DNA from: an uncultured virus (IMG/VR IMGVR_UViG_3300029309_000019)
Taxonomy: Duplodnaviria; Heunggongvirae; Uroviricota; Caudoviricetes
Virus record (IMG/VR): IMGVR_UViG_3300029309_000019
Span: 1-64,000 of that record
Direction: 5' to 3' (one strand)
DNA: 64,000 nt
Below the pieces are notes generated by a model. It saw nothing but the letters and a program-made list of their open reading frames with translations, was not told the DNA's origin and ran no database searches. Shown in pieces: positions 55,509 through 64,000 of this stretch. Both the position numbers and the translations under genes were made by a program. Numbering within the stretch: position 1 is the stretch's first letter; every line of letters begins with the position of its first letter.

Positions 55509-55540
55509 GGAGCCTCGTTTTGCGGGGCTTCTTTTTTTTT
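55509..55540 (+). terminator. Intrinsic terminator
   Basis: GGAGCCTCG-loop-CGGGGCTTC followed by a long T run. Confidence 0.8.
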
Positions 55541-55549
55541 GTATATTTG
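55519..55549 (+). promoter_or_regulatory. Bacteroidota primary-sigma promoter overlapping the terminator
   Basis: TTTG-N19-TATATTTG upstream of the ATG at 55575. Confidence 0.65.
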
Positions 55550-55574
55550 CATTGAACAACAAATTTAATTCAAG

Positions 55575-56315
55575 ATGAAAGAGTACGGAAAAAGAATCCG
55601 ATTATCCCCTGAAGAAGTACAATTAGTTGAAAATCATAGACTTACAAAAAACGTAGGTATAATTGGAGACACACATGAACCCTTCTGTCATCCAAGGTAC
55701 AGAGATTTTTGTTACGAAGTTTTTAACAGGTTTGCCTGTGGAACTATAGTTCACATAGGAGATGAGGTAGATAATTCTGCTCTGTCATACCATGAGAAGA
55801 TGGCTGAGATGCCTAACGCAGAGAGCGAAGCAGAAAAAGCTCAGAGAGCTATGGAGAGATGGTATGCAACCTTTCCAGATGTTATGGTATGTGTGGGAAA
55901 TCATTCAGCTTTACCTTTTCGCCAGGCTACCACAGCAGGAATACCTAAAAGATTTATGAAGTCTTACGAGGAGATATGGAATGCTCCTAAAGGATGGAAG
56001 TGGGAAATGGAATGGGAGATAGATAATGTTTTATATACTCATGGTACAGGTTCTGCTGGACAAAATGGAGCTAGAAATAGAGCTATAGCTAACAGACAAT
56101 CCACTGTTATAGGACATCTACACTCTTTTGGAGGTGTATCTTACATGGCATCTAGAAATGATATTATATTCGGCCTCAATGTTGGATGCGGAATATCTGT
56201 AGACCATATGGCCTTTTCATATGGTAAGGTGTTTCCAAAGAAACCAACGTTAGGATGTGGTGTTGTTCTAGATGAAGGAAGGACGGCTATATTTATACCT
56301 ATGAATTTAGGAACA
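55575..56315 (+). CDS. Calcineurin-like metallophosphoesterase (stop hidden in the N gap)
   Basis: IGDTHEP, HIGDEVD, GNH, YTHG and GHLH motifs. Confidence 0.85.
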
Positions 56316-56325
56316 NNNNNNNNNN
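56316..56325. other. Assembly gap (10 N)
   Basis: Run of ten n characters. Confidence 0.99.
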
Positions 56326-56942
56326 TGGAAGTGAATAAATACATTAACATAATTATATTTATTATATTTATAAGTCTAGGTGCTTATGGATATACTGAGT
56401 TGATGTCCTGGAAAAGCAAGTATGATAGTGTTCTGAAGATTGTTGAAGGTAAAGATGAGGCTATAAGAATGAATGAAAACGTTCTAAATGATTTGAAAAG
56501 TCAGAACAAAGAACTAAAAATAAAACTGAATGAGTTTAAGAATGTTGAATCTGTCACAAAGGTTGTTACTAAAACTGTCATTGATACGGTGGTTGTTGAG
56601 TACGACAATAGTATCGTTGTTGGTAATGATGGTACTTTTGTTGGCAATGTTGATATTGACTCCACATTTTACAATCTTAGCTGTACGTTCAATGAAAAGA
56701 GTTTTACATTAAATTCATTATCAATACCAAACACTCAGACTATAATAGTCGGTGATAAAAAAATAAGAGGATGGACTGGTATAACAACAGGCACAGAGTT
56801 TTCCGTGATAGTAGACAACACAAATCCCTACATTCAGAACGTGAATGTTCAAAACTATACAATAAAGAAAGAAAAGAAGTGGTTCCAAACGCAGGGATTC
56901 GCTGTCGGAGTCGGTATTCTAGGCGGACTCTTATTAGATTAA
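56325..56942 (+). CDS. TM-anchored coiled-coil protein, spanin-like
   Basis: Sequence after the gap reads (A)TG GAA GTG AAT; N-terminal TM, coiled coil, N.NPY and terminal KKWF....F.VGVG.LGG. Confidence 0.6.
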   Translation, partial: XEVNKYINIIIFIIFISLGAYGYTELMSWKSKYDSVLKIVEGKDEAIRMNENVLNDLKSQNKELKIKLNEFKNVESVTKVVTKTVIDTVVVEYDNSIVVGNDGTFVGNVDIDSTFYNLSCTFNEKSFTLNSLSIPNTQTIIVGDKKIRGWTGITTGTEFSVIVDNTNPYIQNVNVQNYTIKKEKKWFQTQGFAVGVGILGGLLLD

Positions 56943-57134
56943 TTAATCTACTAACCCCTTGAGGTCTTCATCTTCTGATTCGTCACTCTTATCAAGAGAG
57001 AACTGTACTTTAGGTGGGGTATCAAATTTAATCCATTCGTAGCATTCATTGTATAATAAATCAATCAATGCTTCTTTTTTTAGATTGTTAGGCAAACCTT
57101 TTTCTTTTATTTCAACTGTAATTGAAGCTTTCAT
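56943..57134 (-). CDS. Hypothetical protein (63 aa)
   Basis: Last gene of the leftward replication operon, tail to tail with 56942. Confidence 0.7.
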   Translation of the reverse strand: MKASITVEIKEKGLPNNLKKEALIDLLYNECYEWIKFDTPPKVQFSLDKSDESEDEDLKGLVD

Positions 57135-57509
57135 TTATAAAACTTTTATTATTACTCCTGGGTTTTCTTTGTCGTATTCGTACTCCTCTAATATAGGAAT
57201 TATATTGTCACAATTATCATCCTCTAACCAATTATTTTTAACCATAAGGTCTTGAACAGTCTGTAAAGGATTAACGTAATCAAACTTTCTCCTAGAGCCT
57301 CTAATAAATTTAAAGGAAACCTTGTAAGGTTTTTTCTTGTCTGCTATCATTTTTTGGAAATACTCAACATTGTCAGCGTAACATTGTTTAGTTTCTTTGA
57401 TGTAATTCATTGTAGTTTTTGAATGAATTAACATTTTACCTGTCCATCTTTTTGAGTTTTTACTTGATGGTACATTGCCAGGTATGAATATCCATTTTTT
57501 ATATGGCAT
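57135..57509 (-). CDS. RusA-like Holliday junction resolvase
   Basis: IPG.VPSSKN, RR.FD..N......D.......EDDN and D..NP...I pattern. Confidence 0.7.
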   Translation of the reverse strand: MPYKKWIFIPGNVPSSKNSKRWTGKMLIHSKTTMNYIKETKQCYADNVEYFQKMIADKKKPYKVSFKFIRGSRRKFDYVNPLQTVQDLMVKNNWLEDDNCDNIIPILEEYEYDKENPGVIIKVL

Positions 57510-57768
57510 CTATCATTGCTTTTTTGATATTAGAAATATCCATGCATACCTCATATTCTTCTGTCTCTGTAAAATACTCAATAACCTTATCAAGTTTTTG
57601 AGGTTCACTTATTATCTCCTCTATATTTACTTTTAGATTCTTGATATACAGTTCTTGTTCAAATGTAAGTTTAGACTGCATGACATTTCTTTTCTCTTCT
57701 GGATTAAAAGTATCCATCAGTTCATCATACACTCCGATTAAAATAGCTCTTTTGGTTGAATCATTCAT
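57499..57768 (-). CDS. Hypothetical protein with UVR-like C-terminal helix pair (89 aa)
   Basis: L...IEYF..TEEYE.C..I motif. Confidence 0.7.
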   Translation of the reverse strand: MNDSTKRAILIGVYDELMDTFNPEEKRNVMQSKLTFEQELYIKNLKVNIEEIISEPQKLDKVIEYFTETEEYEVCMDISNIKKAMIDAI

Positions 57769-58261
57769 TGATTTTATGTTTAGTTATTGTGTCTACAAAA
57801 AAGTGTTCTTTATATTTATTTCTTTTAAGAAGAATCATTTTGCTCTGATTATTATCTCCTCCATAAATTGTTTTAATCTTACCGTCTGCATACTCTTTTT
57901 TTATCAGAGATTTTAGCTCATCTACCTTTATCATCCAAAGATTGTTAATACTCAAATGATAATAGTAATATACAAAAACATCTGCTTCTGTGCAAGATAT
58001 TCCACTAGGTTTTTTTTTACATTCTATTTCTATGGCCATATTACCACTATCGAAGGACTCTTTACAGTATTCATCTGTCTTGACTTCAAAAAACACTTGG
58101 GTTGAAGTTTTCGGACTTGTTCCATATATGTCATATTCTTTGAAGTATCCTTCTGTTTGTTTGATGTCTCTGTATCCATTACATAATAGATACAACATAA
58201 TTAATGACTCTCCTTTCTCTCCCAAGGTTTTATCTCTAGTAAAGTCTATATTCTTTTTCAT
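57761..58261 (-). CDS. PD-(D/E)xK nuclease-like protein
   Basis: G..GE, YD, FEVKTD, GN..IE, PSGI..T.AD...Y motifs. Confidence 0.7.
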   Translation of the reverse strand: MKKNIDFTRDKTLGEKGESLIMLYLLCNGYRDIKQTEGYFKEYDIYGTSPKTSTQVFFEVKTDEYCKESFDSGNMAIEIECKKKPSGISCTEADVFVYYYYHLSINNLWMIKVDELKSLIKKEYADGKIKTIYGGDNNQSKMILLKRNKYKEHFFVDTITKHKINE

Positions 58262-60009
58262 ATAAAGAAGTCTTTATTCTTTTGATAAATTTCATTATCC
58301 TCCTGTTCATTCTCTTCTGTAAATCTACCGTTCTGTAGATTGTATTTAAAGTCAGCAGAACCTATATTACCTATGTGCCTAAATTTAACCTTCTGTATAT
58401 ATGCTGTGGTTGTTTTATTCATCATATTTCTATAAACTGTAATACCATTATCAACTTGATTATAAAAGTTTGCTGAGCCAGCTATATCGTACAGTGTTGG
58501 TATGTCATAAGAACCATCAGGTCCTTTCATCATCTTTCTAGGATGAGCCACAAGAAATATATGTATGTCGTACTTCTGCTTAAATATAGTAAGCTTAGTA
58601 AGAAACTCATTGACATAATTAGTCTCACTTGTTGAGCCATCTATCTTATGTGATATTTTGTTGTATGGGTCTATGATGAGAGCGTTGATTCCGTACCTCA
58701 TGATTAAAGACTTTGCGGATTTTAAAATGTCATCAATCGTAAAAGTATCATTTTCCGTGTCAGGTCTTATCCAAAAGTAATGGTCGTTTATAAATTCTTT
58801 TGCTTCACTAAGCTCGGTTCTATCCATTCTAGAACAAAGGTATCTAGTCTTTTGCTTTGTGTAAAGTTCTGTTCTTGTCAAGAATCTTTCACCAAAAGAT
58901 TTACCTATATACTTTTCTGCCAGGGAAGAGAAATGTAATTGAACTGGAAAGTGCTCAGGTGAAAACACTCCGAACTTCCATCCATGTTGGGCAGATAATC
59001 TCATACATAAATGCTCCAAAAAATGTGACTTACCATGTGTAGGTACACCTGTAATCACAGTCAGTTGTGATGTAACAAAAGTAAAAAGCCTATCAAATTT
59101 TTCATGACCAACCTTTAATCCGCTTTGTAATCCGTTATCATACAACCTATCAATATCATTTTCCAAACCCTTGACAGTAAGTATTCCTTCAATAGGATAT
59201 GGCTCAGCATTACTTATACACTCATCTATTTCTATCTGACCATGCTTCATTAAAACATCATTAGCATCTTTACAGTCATCAGGAAATATAACACGTAAGC
59301 ATCTGTCTCTTCCAAGTCTACGAGATAACTCTTGTTCAAGAACAACACCTTTCTCATCATTATCTACAGCTATGAATATTTTATCTAGGTCTTCAAAATA
59401 CTCAATAGAGTTTTCTAGAAAGTCCATCTTCTTGTCTGATGCACCATTAGGCACCGATATACAATTAGGGTATCCAGCTACTTCAAAAGCTAGCTTATCT
59501 ATTTCTCCCTCTACAATGATGCATGTGTTGTGGTCCTTAATATCATCTATACCATAGAATGTTGGTTCACCATTTTTAAACATTTTGAAGTTCTTCTTGC
59601 CGTCCCTATACTTGACATTTACTATCTCTCCTTCTTTGAAATAATTGAAGTTGATAGCATTTCTTTCTCCTCCTACTTGAGGAAAGTATTCAGAACTTTC
59701 AGTGACTTTGTTTCTTATTAAGACTTTTTGAGATATGCCTCTATCCTTAAACCATTTAACCATGTTGTCTGACAACTCTGTATTGTTTGTCCAAACTGGT
59801 TTTTCATATATTTTTGTCTTAGTATAACCTTTGTTTATACTGCCACTCCAACCACAATTATGACAATTCCAAACCCCTTCGTCTATGTTAACAGACAGGC
59901 ATGGCTCATTCTTTTTCTTTCTTGTGTGTGAGCATTTTGGACATTTAACTTTAGTTTGTCCACTGCTTTTCTTAATAATTATACCATGTTTATTAAATCC
60001 CTCCATCAT
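58258..60009 (-). CDS. T7 gp4/Twinkle-like DNA primase-helicase
   Basis: Zn finger CPKC...CHNC, TOPRIM IVEGEID and DND..G/KDAN, Walker A TGVPTHGKS, IIDPYN, LVAHP, DIAGSA.F. Confidence 0.92.
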   Translation of the reverse strand: MMEGFNKHGIIIKKSSGQTKVKCPKCSHTRKKKNEPCLSVNIDEGVWNCHNCGWSGSINKGYTKTKIYEKPVWTNNTELSDNMVKWFKDRGISQKVLIRNKVTESSEYFPQVGGERNAINFNYFKEGEIVNVKYRDGKKNFKMFKNGEPTFYGIDDIKDHNTCIIVEGEIDKLAFEVAGYPNCISVPNGASDKKMDFLENSIEYFEDLDKIFIAVDNDEKGVVLEQELSRRLGRDRCLRVIFPDDCKDANDVLMKHGQIEIDECISNAEPYPIEGILTVKGLENDIDRLYDNGLQSGLKVGHEKFDRLFTFVTSQLTVITGVPTHGKSHFLEHLCMRLSAQHGWKFGVFSPEHFPVQLHFSSLAEKYIGKSFGERFLTRTELYTKQKTRYLCSRMDRTELSEAKEFINDHYFWIRPDTENDTFTIDDILKSAKSLIMRYGINALIIDPYNKISHKIDGSTSETNYVNEFLTKLTIFKQKYDIHIFLVAHPRKMMKGPDGSYDIPTLYDIAGSANFYNQVDNGITVYRNMMNKTTTAYIQKVKFRHIGNIGSADFKYNLQNGRFTEENEQEDNEIYQKNKDFFI

Positions 60010-60377
60010 ACATATATTTTTTCTCCATCTACTTCTATAAAACCTTTTTTATTTATCTTATTATGTGAGACCTTTTTGTCCTTGTACTTGGACATTTTTG
60101 TCCCACCTTCAATTAGTACCAAAGGTTTAATAAATCTTTTAGAGTTGTTTTTGTTTTGAATCTCTATATAACAATAATCCTCTAGTTGTTTGATTGCTCT
60201 TGATATAGTTTTACTTGAACAACCATAAACTTTTGAGAAGTATGTATTACCAGCATAACACCCTGAAGATGATGATAGTGATATAATATCACCATAAATC
60301 AATCTTGATAAAGGAGTTAGTCTATTGTCTTTTTTAACTTCGTTAGGTATGCGTATGTATCCTTTAAAGTTCTCCAC
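60006..60377 (-). CDS. Phage replication-initiator-like HTH protein (123 aa)
   Basis: IP..V..D..L....LIYG.I.SL....GC.A.N.YF......S..TISR.I..L...YI motif; iteron-like repeats in its 3' part. Confidence 0.75.
   Translation of the reverse strand: MENFKGYIRIPNEVKKDNRLTPLSRLIYGDIISLSSSSGCYAGNTYFSKVYGCSSKTISRAIKQLEDYCYIEIQNKNNSKRFIKPLVLIEGGTKMSKYKDKKVSHNKINKKGFIEVDGEKIYV
60045..60104. repeat. Iteron-like pair GAC-N6-GTC (22-bp spacing) plus AT-rich tract; candidate origin
   Basis: Minus strand GGGACAAAAATGTCC-AAGTACAA-GGACAAAAAGGTCTC-ACATAATAAGATAAATAAAAAA. Confidence 0.65.
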
Positions 60378-60693
60378 CGCCCCAAGTATGATTTGTACTA
60401 TTAACTACTTCATCTTGCCAAGCTGTTTTATTTTTATGCATGGCAACTTTAAGTAATATCAAGTAACCAATAATATCCTTAACGGTGTCTTCTGTCTCAT
60501 CATTGATACCTTTGTTTTTGACCCTCATAAGTTTATCATCTAATCTAGCGCATAAACTTTCTACGGCATTACCTTTTGAAAAAATGTTGCATGGGTTAGT
60601 TGCACTATCTCCATAAGCTCTATTCTTTTCTATTAGCAAATCAATTACTTCATTACCAATCTTCTGTATTAGTTCCTCTGTATTCATAGTCAT
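60364..60693 (-). CDS. DUF1599 / nucleotide-modification-associated domain 1 protein
   Basis: KN..YGDS....R..DK..R......DE..EDT..D.IGY motif. Confidence 0.75.
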   Translation of the reverse strand: MTMNTEELIQKIGNEVIDLLIEKNRAYGDSATNPCNIFSKGNAVESLCARLDDKLMRVKNKGINDETEDTVKDIIGYLILLKVAMHKNKTAWQDEVVNSTNHTWGGGEL

Positions 60694-60856
60694 ATGTTTG
60701 TGTTGTATACCTTCGGCTATGCATTAATTCCAAAGCTCTATCTTGGCTAGCTCTATGAACCCAACCAGTAATAAGATAAAATGAAATATCTTCAGTTATA
60801 ACTTTAGGTATAATAATTTTATCCTTTGGTATTCTATGTTTTATTTTTTTTATCAT
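60653..60856 (-). CDS. Hypothetical protein (67 aa)
   Basis: ORF track; fits the operon. Confidence 0.6.
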   Translation of the reverse strand: MIKKIKHRIPKDKIIIPKVITEDISFYLITGWVHRASQDRALELMHSRRYTTQTYDYEYRGTNTEDW

Positions 60857-60871
60857 AACGAAAAGTTAAAG

Positions 60872-60892
60872 CGAGGGGCTTTAAGCCCCCCG
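60872..60892 (-). terminator. GC hairpin after the SSB-like gene (weak terminator or stabiliser)
   Basis: CGGGGGGCT-TAA-AGCCCCTCG followed by an interrupted T tract. Confidence 0.5.
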
Positions 60893-60916
60893 ATTAACAA
60901 AATGAAAAATTAGTGA

Positions 60917-61192
60917 CTAGAAAGGTAGGTCGTTGTCTTCCTCCTCAACCACAGCCTGTTCAGCTTGTGCTTGTGGTTTGAATGTATCTACCTTTACATA
61001 GTGCGTCTTTCCGTAGTCATCAGCTCCACCCTTTTTCTTTGCTACAACTAGCTTGATATACTTCTCACCATTGTATTCAAAGATGTGCTCTGATGCCTCC
61101 TTTGTTAGTTTACTTAAATTTACAGAGAACTCAACAAGGTCTCCGTTGAACTTTTCAGTTCCATTTCCTACATAAATTTTTTGTTCTGACAT
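60917..61192 (-). CDS. ssDNA-binding-protein-like (91 aa)
   Basis: Beta-rich; D.YGKTH...VDT..P; acidic tail ending DNDLPF. Confidence 0.7.
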   Translation of the reverse strand: MSEQKIYVGNGTEKFNGDLVEFSVNLSKLTKEASEHIFEYNGEKYIKLVVAKKKGGADDYGKTHYVKVDTFKPQAQAEQAVVEEEDNDLPF

Positions 61193-61194
61193 AA

Positions 61195-61494
61195 TTAGTT
61201 TTTTAATTGGTTATAAATTTCATTAGTTAATCTTCTGGATTTACCAGAAATCCTGTAAAGTCTGGATTTATCTTTTTCCCTTTGTCTGACTATCTTCAAG
61301 TAACCTTCTGATAGAAGTCTTTGAAGTGAATGTATTATACTAGTCCTAGAAGCAGGGAAGTGTTTAAAGAGATTGCTCTGAGAAAAATAGTCAAGTCCTG
61401 AGCCAAACAATAATAGTTCGACATCAATTCTTTTTAACGACTTCTCTCGACAAACCCTGTTCAAACACTTTCTGTAAAACATTAAGTTCATCAA
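61195..61494 (-). CDS. MarR-like winged-helix protein
   Basis: S.....L.RL...GYL...R......LY.IS.K pattern. Confidence 0.65.
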   Translation of the reverse strand: MMNLMFYRKCLNRVCREKSLKRIDVELLLFGSGLDYFSQSNLFKHFPASRTSIIHSLQRLLSEGYLKIVRQREKDKSRLYRISGKSRRLTNEIYNQLKN

Positions 61495-61930
61495 TAGTTT
61501 TTTTATTAGTTTCTTTTAATGATTTGTTTTCTTCCATCAACAGTTGTAACCTGTTAGATAGGAATTGATTCCTATAATATACCCTATCCATAAGACATCT
61601 GAGCTTTTCCTCTTGCATCTTTTTTCTAGGTACTATAATAGCTTTACATTCTCTCAATTTTCTCTTATATGTTGTATCGTATTTCAACAAGTCTATGTGA
61701 GTCTTTTGATAATATACAACAGATGAGTGGTCTCTACATATTGTATTAGCAATCTCTGTTAGATTATGGTAGGTAGCTTCTCTGGCTATATTTGAAAATA
61801 TAACTCTTGCTTCTACCAAATCTCTTGTTCTGACCTTACTCATTACATCTGTTTCTTTTAAATGTAAAACCATACAGACATCTTTTAGTATTCCGCTTAG
61901 TGTGTTATCCATAATTATATTGTTTCCCAA
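61424..61930 (-). CDS. DnaA C-terminal (domain IV)-like DNA-binding protein with coiled coil
   Basis: SK.R.R.LV.AR.I.........L.EIA....RDHSSV.Y signature. Confidence 0.8.
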   Translation of the reverse strand: MGNNIIMDNTLSGILKDVCMVLHLKETDVMSKVRTRDLVEARVIFSNIAREATYHNLTEIANTICRDHSSVVYYQKTHIDLLKYDTTYKRKLRECKAIIVPRKKMQEEKLRCLMDRVYYRNQFLSNRLQLLMEENKSLKETNKKTIDELNVLQKVFEQGLSREVVKKN

Positions 61931-62694
61931 TAACAGTATTCATCGGGGTTAAATTCTTGTGCAATAAATCTTGCATGATATTCTTTCATAAGTTCATCTA
62001 TCTCTTCTCTACCTTTTTGTACTGTCTCAGGAGACAAGGTGTATACCCCCATGTTGTATGGAAACTTTTTCTCTATTGCAACTATTGTAAATTTGTGTAA
62101 ACCAAATCCATCAAGATAGTAGGCGGCCTGCCTATGATAGCCGTACTTGTAAACACTTCTTTCAAACTCTCTTGGTGAAGCATTTGATGTTGTTTTTAAA
62201 TCCACCATAACGCCTTTGTCAAAGCTCACAATGTCAGCTTTACCTTTACACCAAAGATTATTAGCATTCCATATGTTTACTACTTCTGTTTGAGTATGGT
62301 CTAAATCTAACATCATAGCCTCGCACGCCATGGGATTTGAGTTTATCCTAGCATACATGCTTTCAAGAGTATGCATTTCGTCCTGAGTAAGTATTAGCTT
62401 GCCATCATTCTCTGCTTGAAACACATCCCATGCTTTACCTACTTTTCTTTTGCCATCAAACACAGCAACCATGTTCATCTTCTCAGGTTCAAGCACAGCC
62501 ATGTGGAAGGCTTTACCAAAGTTTAATGCTTGTGTTGATGAGTCTAGTTCCCCTTGCATGTATGCATGTAACTCCAGTGGGCTTTTGTTTAGTTTGCTCA
62601 GCATAGAGTTTGTAACATACTCATTATCAGCATAATACAATTCATCATCGTGTAGTCTGATGATTTCCTCTTCAATATCTCTTTGTGTTAGCAT
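61915..62694 (-). CDS. RecE/exonuclease VIII-like PD-(D/E)xK exonuclease (DUF3799-like)
   Basis: S.L...SP, FG.A.H..VLEP, CKGKAD, DLKTT, Y.Y..QAAYY, AIEK..PY motifs. Confidence 0.85.
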   Translation of the reverse strand: MLTQRDIEEEIIRLHDDELYYADNEYVTNSMLSKLNKSPLELHAYMQGELDSSTQALNFGKAFHMAVLEPEKMNMVAVFDGKRKVGKAWDVFQAENDGKLILTQDEMHTLESMYARINSNPMACEAMMLDLDHTQTEVVNIWNANNLWCKGKADIVSFDKGVMVDLKTTSNASPREFERSVYKYGYHRQAAYYLDGFGLHKFTIVAIEKKFPYNMGVYTLSPETVQKGREEIDELMKEYHARFIAQEFNPDEYCYWETI

Positions 62695-63281
62695 TACTTA
62701 AGTGCTTTAGTTAGTTTATCTTTTTGTGCTTTAGTCATATCGTAAGCAGACAATCTTCCTTTGACTACATCTTTCTTACCCTCGTCTATTGCTTTCATCA
62801 TAGCATCCATGACTTCTTTAGTCATCTTCTTCTTAGCGGATGGATTCTTACTTGTGAACTCCTCTTTGACTTGTGCTACATACTTGTTGTCATCCCACAT
62901 GCCTAGGAATACATCAGCAGAAAATCCTAGCTTGGACAATCCTTTTGTAAGCGCATCCGTAGATACCTTCTTAAAACAGTCATCATCTAGCTTACCAGAC
63001 TTGTTGTGTGTTGCAATAGATGAGTTAATGGCAAATGAGTTTTTCTTTTCTTCATTCATCCACCAAAATGTAGCTTGGTATCCTAGTAAGCCATCTGTGT
63101 ACATGTGGAAATGCTCATCTCTTACACCCCATCCTTCACCGCATGCACCGAACTGCTCGGTAGCACACATAATCTGATATTGAGCATTTATACTTGTAAA
63201 CTTTCTTCCGAAGTTAACTTCCTTCGTGTACTTGGGGTTTGTCTTTTCGACACTCTTCCAAATCTTCATGTTCTCTTTCAT
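62694..63281 (-). CDS. Single-strand annealing protein (Rad52/Sak-like); start revised to MKENMKIW
   Basis: W..V..T.P.YTK....T.I.......ATE.FG..G.GWG...D..KK..TDALTK.LS.LGF.ADVFLG..DD; adjacent to the exonuclease. Confidence 0.65.
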   Translation of the reverse strand: MKENMKIWKSVEKTNPKYTKEVNFGRKFTSINAQYQIMCATEQFGACGEGWGVRDEHFHMYTDGLLGYQATFWWMNEEKKNSFAINSSIATHNKSGKLDDDCFKKVSTDALTKGLSKLGFSADVFLGMWDDNKYVAQVKEEFTSKNPSAKKKMTKEVMDAMMKAIDEGKKDVVKGRLSAYDMTKAQKDKLTKALK

Positions 63282-63288
63282 TTTATAT

Positions 63289-63510
63289 TTATTTATTATT
63301 AATAATTTTGCTATCTGATAAAAGTTCATCCATAAATACATTGCTTAAATCAGAGCATTTATGCGATAATAGATGCATGTTATCAGTAGATAAAGCTAGT
63401 CCAATAGTGGATACAATAATACCCATATCACTAGCTTCAGGAGAATTACTATCTTGCAATAGCTTGACTATCTCCAAAAGTCGCTTGTGTATCTCATTGT
63501 TTGATGTCAT
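63289..63510 (-). CDS. Hypothetical protein (73 aa)
   Basis: ORF track; follows a -7 element. Confidence 0.7.
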   Translation of the reverse strand: MTSNNEIHKRLLEIVKLLQDSNSPEASDMGIIVSTIGLALSTDNMHLLSHKCSDLSNVFMDELLSDSKIINNK

Positions 63511-63529
63511 ATTTTTGTTGTTTGGTTGG

Positions 63530-63537
63530 CAAATATA
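63530..63537 (-). promoter_or_regulatory. -7 promoter element for the replication operon
   Basis: TATATTTG in the intergenic gap; no clear -33 element. Confidence 0.55.
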
Positions 63538-63548
63538 TATATTTTTTT

Positions 63549-63824
63549 TTAATTATTCCTATTGTTTTCGTAAAACATTTCTATCTCTCTGTCAATAGAT
63601 TCTTGTATGTTATCTATGTTGATAATCATTATTGTCATTCCTTTTCCTATAAAGAAATCTCCATGTTTACAACTGCCTTGTAGGTCTAATTCAAAGTCTG
63701 TTATCAACTCATCCTCGTTCCAAGTTCCAGTATAATTAAGTTCGCTTTCTGCCTCATATACCTTGTACATAATGGCATCTTGAAATGGTTTTTTGTTCTT
63801 TGATTGTAGCGCTATATATCTCAT
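63549..63824 (-). CDS. Hypothetical protein (91 aa)
   Basis: ORF track. Confidence 0.7.
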   Translation of the reverse strand: MRYIALQSKNKKPFQDAIMYKVYEAESELNYTGTWNEDELITDFELDLQGSCKHGDFFIGKGMTIMIINIDNIQESIDREIEMFYENNRNN

Positions 63825-64000
63825 TTAGTATTCTTTTATTTGATTCATCAGTCCACTCATATCTAGTCCCGCCTTCCATATGTGCATGTAGTTGCTATGT
63901 AATTTAGGATATTCTTCCATGTGCATTACTACCTCTACTAAATACCTCTTGCATTCTGATACAAGTTCCTTGTGTCTCTCGCATGTTAACTCTAGTTTTT
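63825..64000 (-). CDS. Hypothetical protein, 5' end outside the window
   Basis: Open frame ...KLELTCERHKELVSECKRYLVEVVMHMEEYPKLHSNYMHIWKAGLDMSGLMNQIKEY*, stop abutting the next ATG. Confidence 0.6.
   Translation of the reverse strand, partial: KLELTCERHKELVSECKRYLVEVVMHMEEYPKLHSNYMHIWKAGLDMSGLMNQIKEY

Noticed and set aside
55575..56942. 455-aa phosphoesterase-membrane fusion protein
   Set aside because: The join is a 10-N assembly gap. The sequence after it reads (A)TG GAA GTG, the start of a separate TM protein.
1..64000. Stop-codon reassignment (TAG or TGA), as in some Crassvirales
   Set aside because: The standard code already gives dense, full-length genes, and TAG and TGA end genes right before the next start codon.
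1..64000. Prophage or integrated element
   Set aside because: No integrase, repressor switch, att-like junction or host housekeeping genes in the window.

Overview
This window is most of an AT-rich, lytic-type tailed phage genome (podovirus-like) that very probably infects a Bacteroidota/Flavobacteriia host. Host evidence is the recurring TTTG-N19/20-TAnnTTTG sigma promoters, SprB-like repeats and a T9SS-type C-terminal domain. Layout: (1) 1-3.9 kb, leftward early-type small genes; (2) 3.6-5.05 kb, an unusual mostly non-coding control region with a complete hammerhead ribozyme, a tRNA-like element, a ~570-nt structured CTAG-saturated RNA candidate, G-tracts and a 3x22-bp palindrome array; (3) 5.05-8.3 kb, a leftward operon of tightly coupled Lys/Arg-rich microproteins; (4) 8.45-56.9 kb, rightward packaging, structural and lysis genes in crAss-like order (TerL, portal, scaffold, MCP, ring proteins, a split and expanded tail muzzle, three cargo proteins including a 3189-aa polyvalent protein, then an envelope-targeted cassette, holin, DUF5675 lysin and spanin-like genes); (5) 56.9-64 kb, leftward replication/recombination genes (RusA-like, T7 gp4/Twinkle-like primase-helicase, HTH initiator with iterons, SSB-like, DnaA-C domain, RecE-like exonuclease, annealing protein). 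I saw no DNA polymerase, integrase, virion RNA polymerase or canonical tRNA in the window. The best candidates for undescribed biology are the early RNA-processing module (structured RNA + tRNA mimic + 70-aa ORF + hammerhead), a phage-encoded beta-barrel/T9SS-substrate cassette sharing repeats with the tail tip, and a second iteron/AT-rich origin-like copy between divergent promoters. All family assignments come from motif recognition by eye, with no database searches.
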